Source: Candidatus Sulfobium sp.
GTDB lineage: Bacteria > Nitrospirota > Thermodesulfovibrionia > Thermodesulfovibrionales > UBA6898
NCBI GenBank assembly: GCA_037380845.1
Contig: JARRRI010000006.1
Span: forward strand, 12,782 to 76,781
DNA length: 64,000 nt
Direction of reading: 5' to 3'
The position numbers and the translations under genes are program-made. This document shows, in pieces, positions 29,288-37,867 of the stretch. The notes under the pieces were generated by a model that made no database searches, had not been told where the DNA came from, and worked only from the letters and a program-made list of their open reading frames with translations. The first letter of the stretch is position 1. Each line of letters begins with the position of its first letter.

Positions 29288-30118
29288 ATGGTGGAACGAG
29301 CGCCAGGCGAAAAATTCCCACTGCCCTTAACCATCTTCATATCGGAACTGGCAGGCACCGGTCTCCTTGTTGCCGTGGGGATATCGATGGTCATACTGAA
29401 CTTTGGCAGAGGCAGTCCGGTCGCTCTCCTGGTCCCGGGAGAAGGCTTCCGGCGCATCATCACGGGCTTTCTCTTCGGTTCTACAGGCTGCCTTATAGCT
29501 CTTTCCCCCATCGGCAGGGAAAGCGGGGCACACATCAACCCTGTGGTAACGCTTGCTTTCTGGTCGTTGAGAAAGATTCGGGGCGTTCATGCCTTCTGGT
29601 ATGTTGTTGCGCAGCTTGCCGGAGGGATACTCGGGGCGCTGCCCCTCGTTGCGTGGGGGCGGATGGGAGAGAGCATCCACTTCGGCGCAACGGTTCCCGG
29701 CTACGGTTACGATGTATGGGCTGCCCTGGCCGGGGAAACGGCGACCACCTTCTGTCTTGTTGCAGGCCTGTTTTCCTTTATCAGGCGAAGGAGCATCCGC
29801 CGTTTTACGCCTCTGCTTTTTCCGTTCCTATACGCCCTGATGGTTTTTCTCGAAGCCCCGGTGTCGGGAACCAGTACAAATCCTGCACGGAGCCTCGGCC
29901 CTGCGGTGGTCTCGGGACAATGGCAGGCCTGGTGGGTCTACTGGATGGGACCGGTCATCGGGAGTCTCCTTGCCGTCAGCGCCTTCAGGTTCACATGGCT
30001 ACGCCACATGGAGGTCGAAATAGCCAAGCTCTACCACTTTGAACATGACCCCCACGGCGTCTTCGGCGTGAGGGCCGGATCTCATGATAAAGGCGGCCGC
30101 GACAGTTCAAAAAATTGA
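29288..30118 (+). CDS. MIP/aquaporin family channel
   Basis: SGAHINPVVT and STNPARSLGP. ATG at 29288. Confidence 0.85.
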   Translation: MVERAPGEKFPLPLTIFISELAGTGLLVAVGISMVILNFGRGSPVALLVPGEGFRRIITGFLFGSTGCLIALSPIGRESGAHINPVVTLAFWSLRKIRGVHAFWYVVAQLAGGILGALPLVAWGRMGESIHFGATVPGYGYDVWAALAGETATTFCLVAGLFSFIRRRSIRRFTPLLFPFLYALMVFLEAPVSGTSTNPARSLGPAVVSGQWQAWWVYWMGPVIGSLLAVSAFRFTWLRHMEVEIAKLYHFEHDPHGVFGVRAGSHDKGGRDSSKN

Positions 30119-30178
30119 TATCCGAATTTTCCACAAGGCAAAGTTCCCATAACAACCGAGTCATGGGATAATTGATCT

Positions 30179-30874
30179 ATGGCGCAGTGGCTTGAAACAG
30201 TTTCCATTATTTCACTTGCCGCCGGTTTTGCGAGCAGCCTGATAATTATTCTGGACATCGCAGCCGGGCACCGGCAGTACATGAAGATCATGAATATTGT
30301 CTGGCCGGTTACGGCCCTTTACTCCGGGCCCCTTGGGTTATGGGCTTATTACAAAATGGGCCGTCTCTCCACAAGCCGGAGGGTGCGTAAGGCAAAAGCA
30401 CACGGCGAGGTCCCTCCAGGCAAGAGAAAGCCTTTCTGGCAGAGCGTTATGGCAGGCGCCACTCACTGCGGCAGCGGGTGCACACTGGGAGACATCGTCG
30501 CCGAATGGTTTGTCTTCTTCGTGCCCCTGACTTTGTTCGGAGAGAGGGTTTTTGCCGCATGGGCCATCGATTACGTTCTGGCGTTCCTGTTCGGCATAGC
30601 CTTTCAGTATTTCACCATTAGACCTGCCCGCAAGCTATCCCCGAGAGCTGGGCTCGTGGCGGCGGTAAAGGCGGATACACTTTCGCTGACGGCGTGGCAG
30701 GTCGGCATGTACGGCTGGATGGCAGTAGCGATTTTTGTTATTTTTGGCCGCGATATCCCGAAGACGAACCCGGTATTCTGGTTTATGATGCAGCTGGCGA
30801 TGCTGGCGGGGTTGCTGACGAGTTATCCGGTGAACTGGCTTCTGCTGCGAAAGGGAATCAAGGAAGCTATGTGA
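30179..30874 (+). CDS. DUF4396 family membrane protein
   Basis: HCGSGCTLGD and SYPVNWLL..GIKE. Confidence 0.8.
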   Translation: MAQWLETVSIISLAAGFASSLIIILDIAAGHRQYMKIMNIVWPVTALYSGPLGLWAYYKMGRLSTSRRVRKAKAHGEVPPGKRKPFWQSVMAGATHCGSGCTLGDIVAEWFVFFVPLTLFGERVFAAWAIDYVLAFLFGIAFQYFTIRPARKLSPRAGLVAAVKADTLSLTAWQVGMYGWMAVAIFVIFGRDIPKTNPVFWFMMQLAMLAGLLTSYPVNWLLLRKGIKEAM

Positions 30875-31012
30875 ACCATCCTGTATTCTTTCCCTGTTCC
30901 TGTCGACAAGTCCCGTCAGAGAGTGCAATGAAAAACCGCCATTCTGTATAATAGAGAAAAGTCGAAAAAAAGAATTTACCCGGGACGCATTCTCCGGGGA
31001 AGATGGAAAGAG

Positions 31013-31795
31013 ATGATAAGAAATACGTTCTGCATACTTGACGGCATAGGAGAGAAGCTGGAAAGACGACTCTGGAGGGAGGGAATTCTCACCTGGGCGG
31101 ACTTCACGGACGCAGGTGAGGTCCTCGGCTTCAGCAGGGAGCGGAAGAAGGCCTTCGACGAGCGGCTCGGATGCGACCGGTGCGAGCTCGATGCGGGCAA
31201 TGCCCGGTACTTTTCCTCACGTATGAAGAGGAGGGAACACTGGCGTCTATTCGATACTTTCAAGGACCATGCTGTCTGCCTGGACATAGAGACGAACGGA
31301 TACCAACCCGGCGCCGGAGGGTACGTCACCGTAGTGGGACTCTATGACGGTTTCGACTACAAGTGCCTCGTCAGGGGAGAGAACCTCAGTGCCGAAAACC
31401 TGAACAATGAACTGTCGAGGTACAAATGCCTCGTCACTTTTTACGGTGCGGCGTTTGATGTACCCTTTATGTTGAGGTCCTTCAACGGGCTCAAATTCGA
31501 CATCCCCCATTTCGACCTTTGCTTTGCGGCGAAGAGGCTGGGCATCAAAGGCGGGCTCAAACGGCTCGAACAGGATTTCGGGATTGAACGGGACGAGGCC
31601 GTACGCGGACTGGACGGGTACGATGCAGTCAAGCTGTGGGAGCTTGCACGCCGTGGATCATACGAAGCCCGCGAGACACTCATAAAGTACAACCGGGAAG
31701 ACACTGTAAACCTTATGGGGATGGCGCCTGTCTTCTACGAGAAACTGAAGCAGTCGACCGGCATAGAGGAATACCTTACTTGTGGAGTCGCTTGA
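31013..31795 (+). CDS. RNase H-like (YprB-type) exonuclease domain protein
   Basis: LDIET, FYGAAFD, GGLKRLE and YNREDT. Confidence 0.8.
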   Translation: MIRNTFCILDGIGEKLERRLWREGILTWADFTDAGEVLGFSRERKKAFDERLGCDRCELDAGNARYFSSRMKRREHWRLFDTFKDHAVCLDIETNGYQPGAGGYVTVVGLYDGFDYKCLVRGENLSAENLNNELSRYKCLVTFYGAAFDVPFMLRSFNGLKFDIPHFDLCFAAKRLGIKGGLKRLEQDFGIERDEAVRGLDGYDAVKLWELARRGSYEARETLIKYNREDTVNLMGMAPVFYEKLKQSTGIEEYLTCGVA

Positions 31796-32654
31796 CGCCT
31801 TTCTCACATATCTGTCAGTAGAAAAGGGCCTCGCCGGGAATACCCTCGAGTCATACTCTTCAGACCTGAAAAAATTTAGCGGCTTCCTGAAAAAAAGGAA
31901 GCGGGGCCTTGAGTCGGCTTCCGCAACGGACATTGCGGATTTCCTCGAGACGCTGGTCGACGGGGGATATTCGATCTCCAGTATAGGCAGGTATTTGTCA
32001 TCCATGAGGGCCCTTTACAGGTACATGCTCGTAGAGGACATCATTGCAGAGGACCCCTCTGAAAACATCCAGAGCCCGAGGAAATGGGAAAGACTTCCGA
32101 AGGCGCTGAGCATCTCCGATGTGATGGAGCTGCTGGCGGCCGAGCCGGAAGGCGGAACGGCGCTCAGGGATTCGGCCATGCTGGAGCTGATGTATTCTTC
32201 CGGACTGAGAGTGAGCGAGCTTACCTCCATAAAGCTGGGCGATATCCATTTCGATGCGGGGTTTATAAGAGTCATGGGTAAAGGCTCGAAAGAGCGTGTG
32301 GTCCCGGTCAATGCCAGGGCCCTTGAGAAGGTAAAAAGGTATATGAGCGGGGAGCGGCCGTCGATACTCGGCAAGAGGCGGTCGGTTTACCTCTTCGTTA
32401 CGAAGAGGGGCGGACCGATGACCAGGCAGAGGTTCTGGCAGACACTCAAGTCGATAGGCAGGAAGGCAGGGATTGAGCTCTCTCCTCACACATTAAGACA
32501 CTGTTTCGCTACCCATCTGCTCGAAGGCGGGGCAGACCTCAGGTCCGTACAGAAGATGCTCGGCCATTCCGACATTTCCACAACACAGGTCTACACAAAA
32601 GTCACCACCGACAGGATCAAGAAGGTTTTCAAGAAATACCATCCGAGGGCCTGA
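31782..32654 (+). CDS. xerD: Site-specific tyrosine recombinase XerD
   Basis: VEKGLAGNT, SGLRVSEL, GKGSKER, SPHTLRHCFATHLL and LGHSDISTTQVY. Confidence 0.9.
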   Translation: MESLDAFLTYLSVEKGLAGNTLESYSSDLKKFSGFLKKRKRGLESASATDIADFLETLVDGGYSISSIGRYLSSMRALYRYMLVEDIIAEDPSENIQSPRKWERLPKALSISDVMELLAAEPEGGTALRDSAMLELMYSSGLRVSELTSIKLGDIHFDAGFIRVMGKGSKERVVPVNARALEKVKRYMSGERPSILGKRRSVYLFVTKRGGPMTRQRFWQTLKSIGRKAGIELSPHTLRHCFATHLLEGGADLRSVQKMLGHSDISTTQVYTKVTTDRIKKVFKKYHPRA

Positions 32655-32658
32655 AATT

Positions 32659-32740
32659 CAGTGTCAGTGAATAGTCTCAATGAAGGGATAAAAAGCTATC
32701 CGACCGCCTGACACTGATCACTGTCGCTGGCACTGACACC
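32659..32740. repeat. Inverted arrays of CAGTGT/ACACTG hexamer-like repeats
   Basis: CAGTGTCAGTGA...CTGACACTGATCACTGTCGCTGGCACTGACAC. A similar element lies at 35089-35220. Confidence 0.6.
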
Positions 32741-32842
32741 TTTACGGCCTGGTGAAAGTCGTCTTTTTCTGTGATAGAATTTGAATCAGATATGGAGAAG
32801 AGACAGTGAGAGTTGGACCAACAAGCCTTTAGGGGGACAGGC

Positions 32843-33949
32843 ATGGGCGGGATTAACGAGGAAGATAAGGGCAGGGGAAAAGGAACAAAGACCGTACCGG
32901 TCACAGATGCGGTTGGTACGGTCCTTGCTCATGATATTACCGAGATAAGGAAGGACGAGTTCAAGGGGCGGGCCTTCAGAAAGGGACATGTGGTCAGGCA
33001 AGAGGACGTCTGTCACCTCCAGAGGCTCGGCAAGGAGCATCTCTTCGTCCTGAAGATAGCAGAGGACGAGATTCATGAAGACGAGGCGGCATTTGCTCTT
33101 GCGAAGGCCCTCGCCGGAGAAGGGGTGGAGATAAGGGATAAACCAAAGGAAGGCAAGCTGACGCTACTGGCTGCCAGGGACGGGCTCCTGAGAATAAACA
33201 GGAAGGCGCTCCTCGAATTTAATCTCCTCGGCGATGTTATGTGCGCGACGGCCCACGATGCGACGATTGTCAGGAAGGGGCAGGCCGTTGCCGGAACCAG
33301 GGCCATCCCTCTGGTTGTAAAACGCGATGTGATAAGCCGGGCAACTGCTATCGGGCGTGAGGCCGGCAGGGTGATCCACGTAAAGGAAATCAGAAAGCCC
33401 CGGGCAGGCGTTGTGATCACCGGCAATGAAGTCTATTCCGGAAGAATAAGGGATTGCTTTGCGCCGGTTATCACGGAAAAGGTGGAGTCGTTCGGCGGGG
33501 AGATAGTGGGGCTCCATTATGCGCCCGATGACGAGCCGTTTATAGAAGAAAAACTCAGGGAATTGATAGAAGCGGGAGCCGACCTTCTTGTCACGACCGG
33601 TGGAATGTCGGTTGACCCCGACGATGTTACAAGATTTGCCATAAGTAGACTCGGGGCGTCGGAGATTACCTATGGCTCGGCGGTCCTGCCCGGAGCGATG
33701 GTCCTTGTGGCCTATATAGAGAGAAGGCCTTCAGTCCCGGGTATGCCGGGTCCCCGGGATATGATCCCGGTGATCGGCATTCCGGCCTGCGGAATGTACA
33801 GCAAGATGACGGTCTTCGACCTGGTTTTTCCCAGGATACTCGCCGGCGAACGAATAGGCAGGAAGGAGCTGGCAGAACTGGGACACGGGGGGCTTTGTCT
33901 GAAGTGCGAGGTCTGCCGATATCCGGTCTGCCCATTCGGTAAATACTGA
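32843..33949 (+). CDS. Molybdopterin-binding (MoeA/MogA-like) protein
   Basis: LAHDITEI, TGNEV, TTGGMSVDPDD and C-terminal HGGLCLKCEVCRYPVCPFG. Confidence 0.82.
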   Translation: MGGINEEDKGRGKGTKTVPVTDAVGTVLAHDITEIRKDEFKGRAFRKGHVVRQEDVCHLQRLGKEHLFVLKIAEDEIHEDEAAFALAKALAGEGVEIRDKPKEGKLTLLAARDGLLRINRKALLEFNLLGDVMCATAHDATIVRKGQAVAGTRAIPLVVKRDVISRATAIGREAGRVIHVKEIRKPRAGVVITGNEVYSGRIRDCFAPVITEKVESFGGEIVGLHYAPDDEPFIEEKLRELIEAGADLLVTTGGMSVDPDDVTRFAISRLGASEITYGSAVLPGAMVLVAYIERRPSVPGMPGPRDMIPVIGIPACGMYSKMTVFDLVFPRILAGERIGRKELAELGHGGLCLKCEVCRYPVCPFGKY

Positions 33950-34224
33950 AATCAGGTGGAATGATTTTAGACTGGTGATAGCCTGAAGTCTCACTGTTCA
34001 ACTCCTTTGCAGTTGGCGCAAGCCCCTTGTTCTGCTTCCGGATTTCACTGCTTTTTCGGGCCTTCCTAGCATCACTTATGCCCTTATAAATTAATACAAT
34101 CGGCTAAACCCTTTATTTTATATTGAAAATATGTTATTTTTTCTAACTTTATTTGTTTTAGCCGGAAAGCCTGCAGGAGTTTCCGCTTTCATCTAAATTT
34201 GTCATGAGAAAGGAGCCCCCGGGG

Positions 34225-35082
34225 ATGCTGATAATAGGCGAGAAATTGAGCATCATAGCGAAGAGAGTAAGAGAAGCGATGATGAAGAAGGACAAAGGAC
34301 CGATCCAGGAGATAGCCACACGGCAGTGGAAAGAAGGTTCCGGCATAATCGACGCCAATATCGGACCAGCGGAAGACGGCGGAGAGGATCTGATGCAGTG
34401 GATGGTGACGGCGATACAGGAAGTCGTCCCCCTTCCCGTCTGTCTGGACACAACGAACGCAAGCGCAATCGAGGCGGGACTTAAGGTCCATAACAACGAG
34501 TGGGGGCGGCCCTTGATAAACTCGACTTCAAACGATCCCGAGAGGTTTCCGATTCTCGAACTTGGAGCAAAATATAACGCTCAGGTTATCGGTCTCACAG
34601 TCGGGAAGGGCGGGCTTCCCGCAGATGCGGAGGAAAGGTGCGGAATAGCGGCGGAGATAATGGCCAGGGCGATGGAATACGGGGTGCCCCTGGAAGACCT
34701 TTATCTGGATCCCCTCGTTCTGCAGATAGCAACTACACAGGACCAGGCAGCGAAGGTCATCGATGCGGTGCGGATGTTCCAGGAGATGAACGAACCGCCG
34801 ATGAAGACCGTTGTCGGACTGAGCAATATTTCCAACGGCTGCCCCAAGCACGTAAGGCCTGTTCTTAACAAATATTACTTCCTGATGCTCCTGAACGCAG
34901 GCCTGACAGCGGCAATCGCCGACGCCCGGGAAATGGCGGAAGCCATGGAAGAGAAGAAGCTGTTCGACGATGTCGCGGCCGGAAAAGATATCGCAGACGC
35001 CGGGAAGATGAAAGAAATAAGGAAGACGATAGATGTGATCATGGGCAATACGCTTTATGCCCATTCATATCTGGAAATGTGA
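34225..35082 (+). CDS. acsE: Methyltetrahydrofolate:corrinoid Fe-S protein methyltransferase
   Basis: MLIIGE, LDTTN, INS, DPLV and GLSNISNG. First gene of the acs cluster, with an AAGGAG RBS. Confidence 0.88.
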   Translation: MLIIGEKLSIIAKRVREAMMKKDKGPIQEIATRQWKEGSGIIDANIGPAEDGGEDLMQWMVTAIQEVVPLPVCLDTTNASAIEAGLKVHNNEWGRPLINSTSNDPERFPILELGAKYNAQVIGLTVGKGGLPADAEERCGIAAEIMARAMEYGVPLEDLYLDPLVLQIATTQDQAAKVIDAVRMFQEMNEPPMKTVVGLSNISNGCPKHVRPVLNKYYFLMLLNAGLTAAIADAREMAEAMEEKKLFDDVAAGKDIADAGKMKEIRKTIDVIMGNTLYAHSYLEM

Positions 35083-35088
35083 GAAAAA

Positions 35089-35220
35089 CAGTGTCAGTGA
35101 TTAGTGTCAGTGTCAGCAACTGACATCGAACTCCAATCACTGCCGCTTTCGTCTAAATAAGACGGTGTCGGTAGTTCTTTCCAGTGTCCTTGACTGACAC
35201 TGATCACTGGCACTGACACT
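35089..35220. repeat. Inverted hexamer-repeat element between acsE and acsD
   Basis: CAGTGTCAGTGATTAGTGTCAGTGTCAG...CTGACACTGATCACTGGCACTGACACT. Confidence 0.65.
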
Positions 35221-35239
35221 TTAAGTGAGGAGGTTATAG

Positions 35240-36181
35240 ATGGCTTTTACACCGACCAAGGAGACGTATTCCGGAAAGGTATATCCGGTTTCTATCGGGA
35301 CGGGCGAAAGTGAGGTCACTTTCGGCGGAGAGAACGTCCTTCCGTTCCATTCCTTCGAGGGTGAGACCCCGAACGGACCGCTGATCGCTTATGAAATACA
35401 GGATGTGCCGCCTTCCGACTGGCCGGAGAACGTCAGGAAGCCTTATGAGGCCGTATCAGACGATCCGGTAAAATGGGCCAAGCACTGCCAGGAGGGGCTC
35501 AAGGCGAAGGCGATAGCGCTGCGTCTGACAGGTACGCATCCCGACAGAGAGAACCGCTCTCCGGAAGACGCCACGAAGACCATTCAGGATGTACTCGCTG
35601 CGATAAGCGTGCCCCTTATCATCCTGGGCAGCAACCATGCCGAGAAGGACTCCGCGGTCCTGGTGGCTGCCTCTGAAGCGGCAAAGGGCAAGAATTGCAT
35701 TATCGGCAAGGCGCAGGAGGCAAATTACAAGACTATTGCCGCTGCGGCCATGGCCAACAACCATAAACTCATTGCCATGTCCGAACTCGACATCAACCTC
35801 TCGAAGCAGCTGAACATTCTCATCACCCAGATGGGATTCGAAAAGGAGAGGGTCATCACAGACCCGATGTGTTCGGCCCTGGGATACGGTCTTGAATATA
35901 CCTATTCGGTGATGGAGCGGATAAGGCTTGCCGCGCTGACGCAGAACGATGCGATCATGCAGCCTCCGATGATGGGAGACGTTGGCATGTATGTCTGGAA
36001 GATCAAGGAAACCCAGGCATCTGAAACGGACATGCCGGAGTGGGGCGCCGCAGAGGAGAGGGGAATCGCCTGGGAGGCGGTCACGGCAGCTTCGCTCCTG
36101 GCAGCCGGCGCAGAGCTCTTGATAATGAGACATCCGAAGGCCGTGGAAGCGGTCGGGAATTTCCTGGAAGAACTGGCGTAA
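35240..36181 (+). CDS. acsD: Corrinoid Fe-S protein small subunit (CdhD/delta)
   Basis: GGENVLPF, DINLSKQLN, ALGYGLEYTYSVMERIR and MRHP. Confidence 0.93.
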   Translation: MAFTPTKETYSGKVYPVSIGTGESEVTFGGENVLPFHSFEGETPNGPLIAYEIQDVPPSDWPENVRKPYEAVSDDPVKWAKHCQEGLKAKAIALRLTGTHPDRENRSPEDATKTIQDVLAAISVPLIILGSNHAEKDSAVLVAASEAAKGKNCIIGKAQEANYKTIAAAAMANNHKLIAMSELDINLSKQLNILITQMGFEKERVITDPMCSALGYGLEYTYSVMERIRLAALTQNDAIMQPPMMGDVGMYVWKIKETQASETDMPEWGAAEERGIAWEAVTAASLLAAGAELLIMRHPKAVEAVGNFLEELA

Positions 36182-36239
36182 GAACCGGCACGGGCCGGTT
36201 CCCGGCCCCGCCTTGAGATAAGACTGGAGGTATAAGAAG

Positions 36240-37583
36240 ATGGCTTTATCGGGTGTTGAAATATTCAAGCTTTTACCTAAGACGAACTGCAAGAAATGCG
36301 GATTTCCGACCTGCCTGGCTTTTGCCATGAAACTCGCTCAGAGACAGGCCTCGCTTGATGCCTGCCCGGATGTTTCCGAGGAGGCGAAGAAGGTCCTCGG
36401 AGAGGCATCCGCCCCCCCTGTACGGCCGATCACCTTCGGCACGGGTGACAAGGCAGTAAAGATGGGAGAGGAGACCGTCCTCTTCAGGCATGACAAGAAA
36501 TTCGTTAACCCCTGCGCATTTGCCGTGGAGATCCAGGATACTCTGTCCGAGGCCGACATAGCAGGCATTGCCGAACAGGTCGTGAATTCGGAGATAGACA
36601 GGGTGGGGCAGAAACTGAGGGTCGACGCTATTGCGTTGACCAACGTGTCGGGCGACGCAGGAAAGCTGGAGGCTGCTGCAAAGACAGTGGCGGCAAAGGC
36701 CCCCGGGGTGCCTGTAATCATATGCACGGAGAACGATCAGGCGGCCGATGCTGCGGTGAAGGTATTTGCAGGGCAGAAACCGGTCATTTTCGGCGCCAAC
36801 GCCTCCAACGTCGAGGCCATGGCGAACGTTGCCAAGGCGAACAAGGCTGTTCTCGGCATATCGGCCAACGGCCTCGAGGAACTCTCTGCGCTGACTGAGA
36901 AGGTGAAATCACTCGGTGTGGAGGACATGGTGCTTGATTCAGGCGCCAGAAAGGCGAAGGACATACTTGAGCACAACACGCTGATCAGGAGGGCGGCGGT
37001 AAAGAAGAATTTCAAGCCCCTGGGATATCCCATAATAAACTTCGTACAGCGGGAAGACGCTCTTCTGGAGACGCTGGTGGCTTCTCTGGGCGTAGCTAAA
37101 TACGGATCGATCGTCGTGATGAAGAATATCGAGAAGTGGAAGAACGTTGCTCTCTTCACCCTCAGGCAGAACATTTATACTGACCCTCAGGTGCCGATGC
37201 AGGTCGAACAGAAGGTCTACAACATCGGCGAGCCGAAGGCGGAATCACCGCTCTTCATTACTACGAACTTCTCGCTGACATACTTCATCGTATCCGGCGA
37301 GATAGAGAACAGCAAGGTGGCCAGCAGGCTGGCAGTGATGGACTGTGAAGGGCTTTCGGTCCTGACGGCATGGGCCGCCGGGAAGTTCACCGCTTCAAAG
37401 ATAGCCCAGTTTATCACCGAAAGCGGTGTGGACAAGGAGATAGCCGGCAAGGAGCTGATCATACCCGGTTATGTCGCGATCCTCAGCGGCTCGATCGAGG
37501 ACAAACTGCCGGGCTGGAAGATTACTGTAGGTCCGCGCGAGGCCAACGCCATACCGGCGTTCCTTAAGGGCCGGGCTGCTTAG
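36240..37583 (+). CDS. acsC: Corrinoid Fe-S protein large subunit (CdhE/gamma)
   Basis: LPKTNCKKCGFPTCLAFA, IYTDPQ, TTNFSLTY and GPREA. Confidence 0.95.
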   Translation: MALSGVEIFKLLPKTNCKKCGFPTCLAFAMKLAQRQASLDACPDVSEEAKKVLGEASAPPVRPITFGTGDKAVKMGEETVLFRHDKKFVNPCAFAVEIQDTLSEADIAGIAEQVVNSEIDRVGQKLRVDAIALTNVSGDAGKLEAAAKTVAAKAPGVPVIICTENDQAADAAVKVFAGQKPVIFGANASNVEAMANVAKANKAVLGISANGLEELSALTEKVKSLGVEDMVLDSGARKAKDILEHNTLIRRAAVKKNFKPLGYPIINFVQREDALLETLVASLGVAKYGSIVVMKNIEKWKNVALFTLRQNIYTDPQVPMQVEQKVYNIGEPKAESPLFITTNFSLTYFIVSGEIENSKVASRLAVMDCEGLSVLTAWAAGKFTASKIAQFITESGVDKEIAGKELIIPGYVAILSGSIEDKLPGWKITVGPREANAIPAFLKGRAA

Positions 37584-37623
37584 CGGGAAAGAACTTGCTC
37601 TTTATTGTAAGAATTTCCTGTTA

Positions 37624-37702
37624 GTCATCTCCCGCAATGGCGGGAATCCAATCTTCTTTTTTTCAGGAGATAACGGATTCCCGATTACTGCCTCGGGCAT
37701 GT
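37624..37702. repeat. REP-like palindromic intergenic repeat
   Basis: GTCATCTCCCGCAATGGCGGGAATCCA...GGATTCCCGATTACTGCCTCGGGCATGT. Confidence 0.5.
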
Positions 37703-37867
37703 CCAACAGAGAGATATCTGATATGGCGCAGTCTTGTGTCGGATAGATAAGGCGATAATCTAACAATTTGATTTTATACAGCAAAAAATTGAAAAATAGA
37801 ATATTAGTGAGTTAGGATGGGAGATTCCAGCTTGATGAGCTCCTATCCATAATTAGAGGAGGTCAGG

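Noticed and set aside
31782..32654. Prophage or island integrase
   Set aside because: The motifs match housekeeping XerD, and no phage genes, tRNA or att-like repeats are nearby.
37724..37740. Sigma54 promoter upstream of acsB (TGGCGC...)
   Set aside because: The required GC at -13/-12 is absent at the correct spacing.
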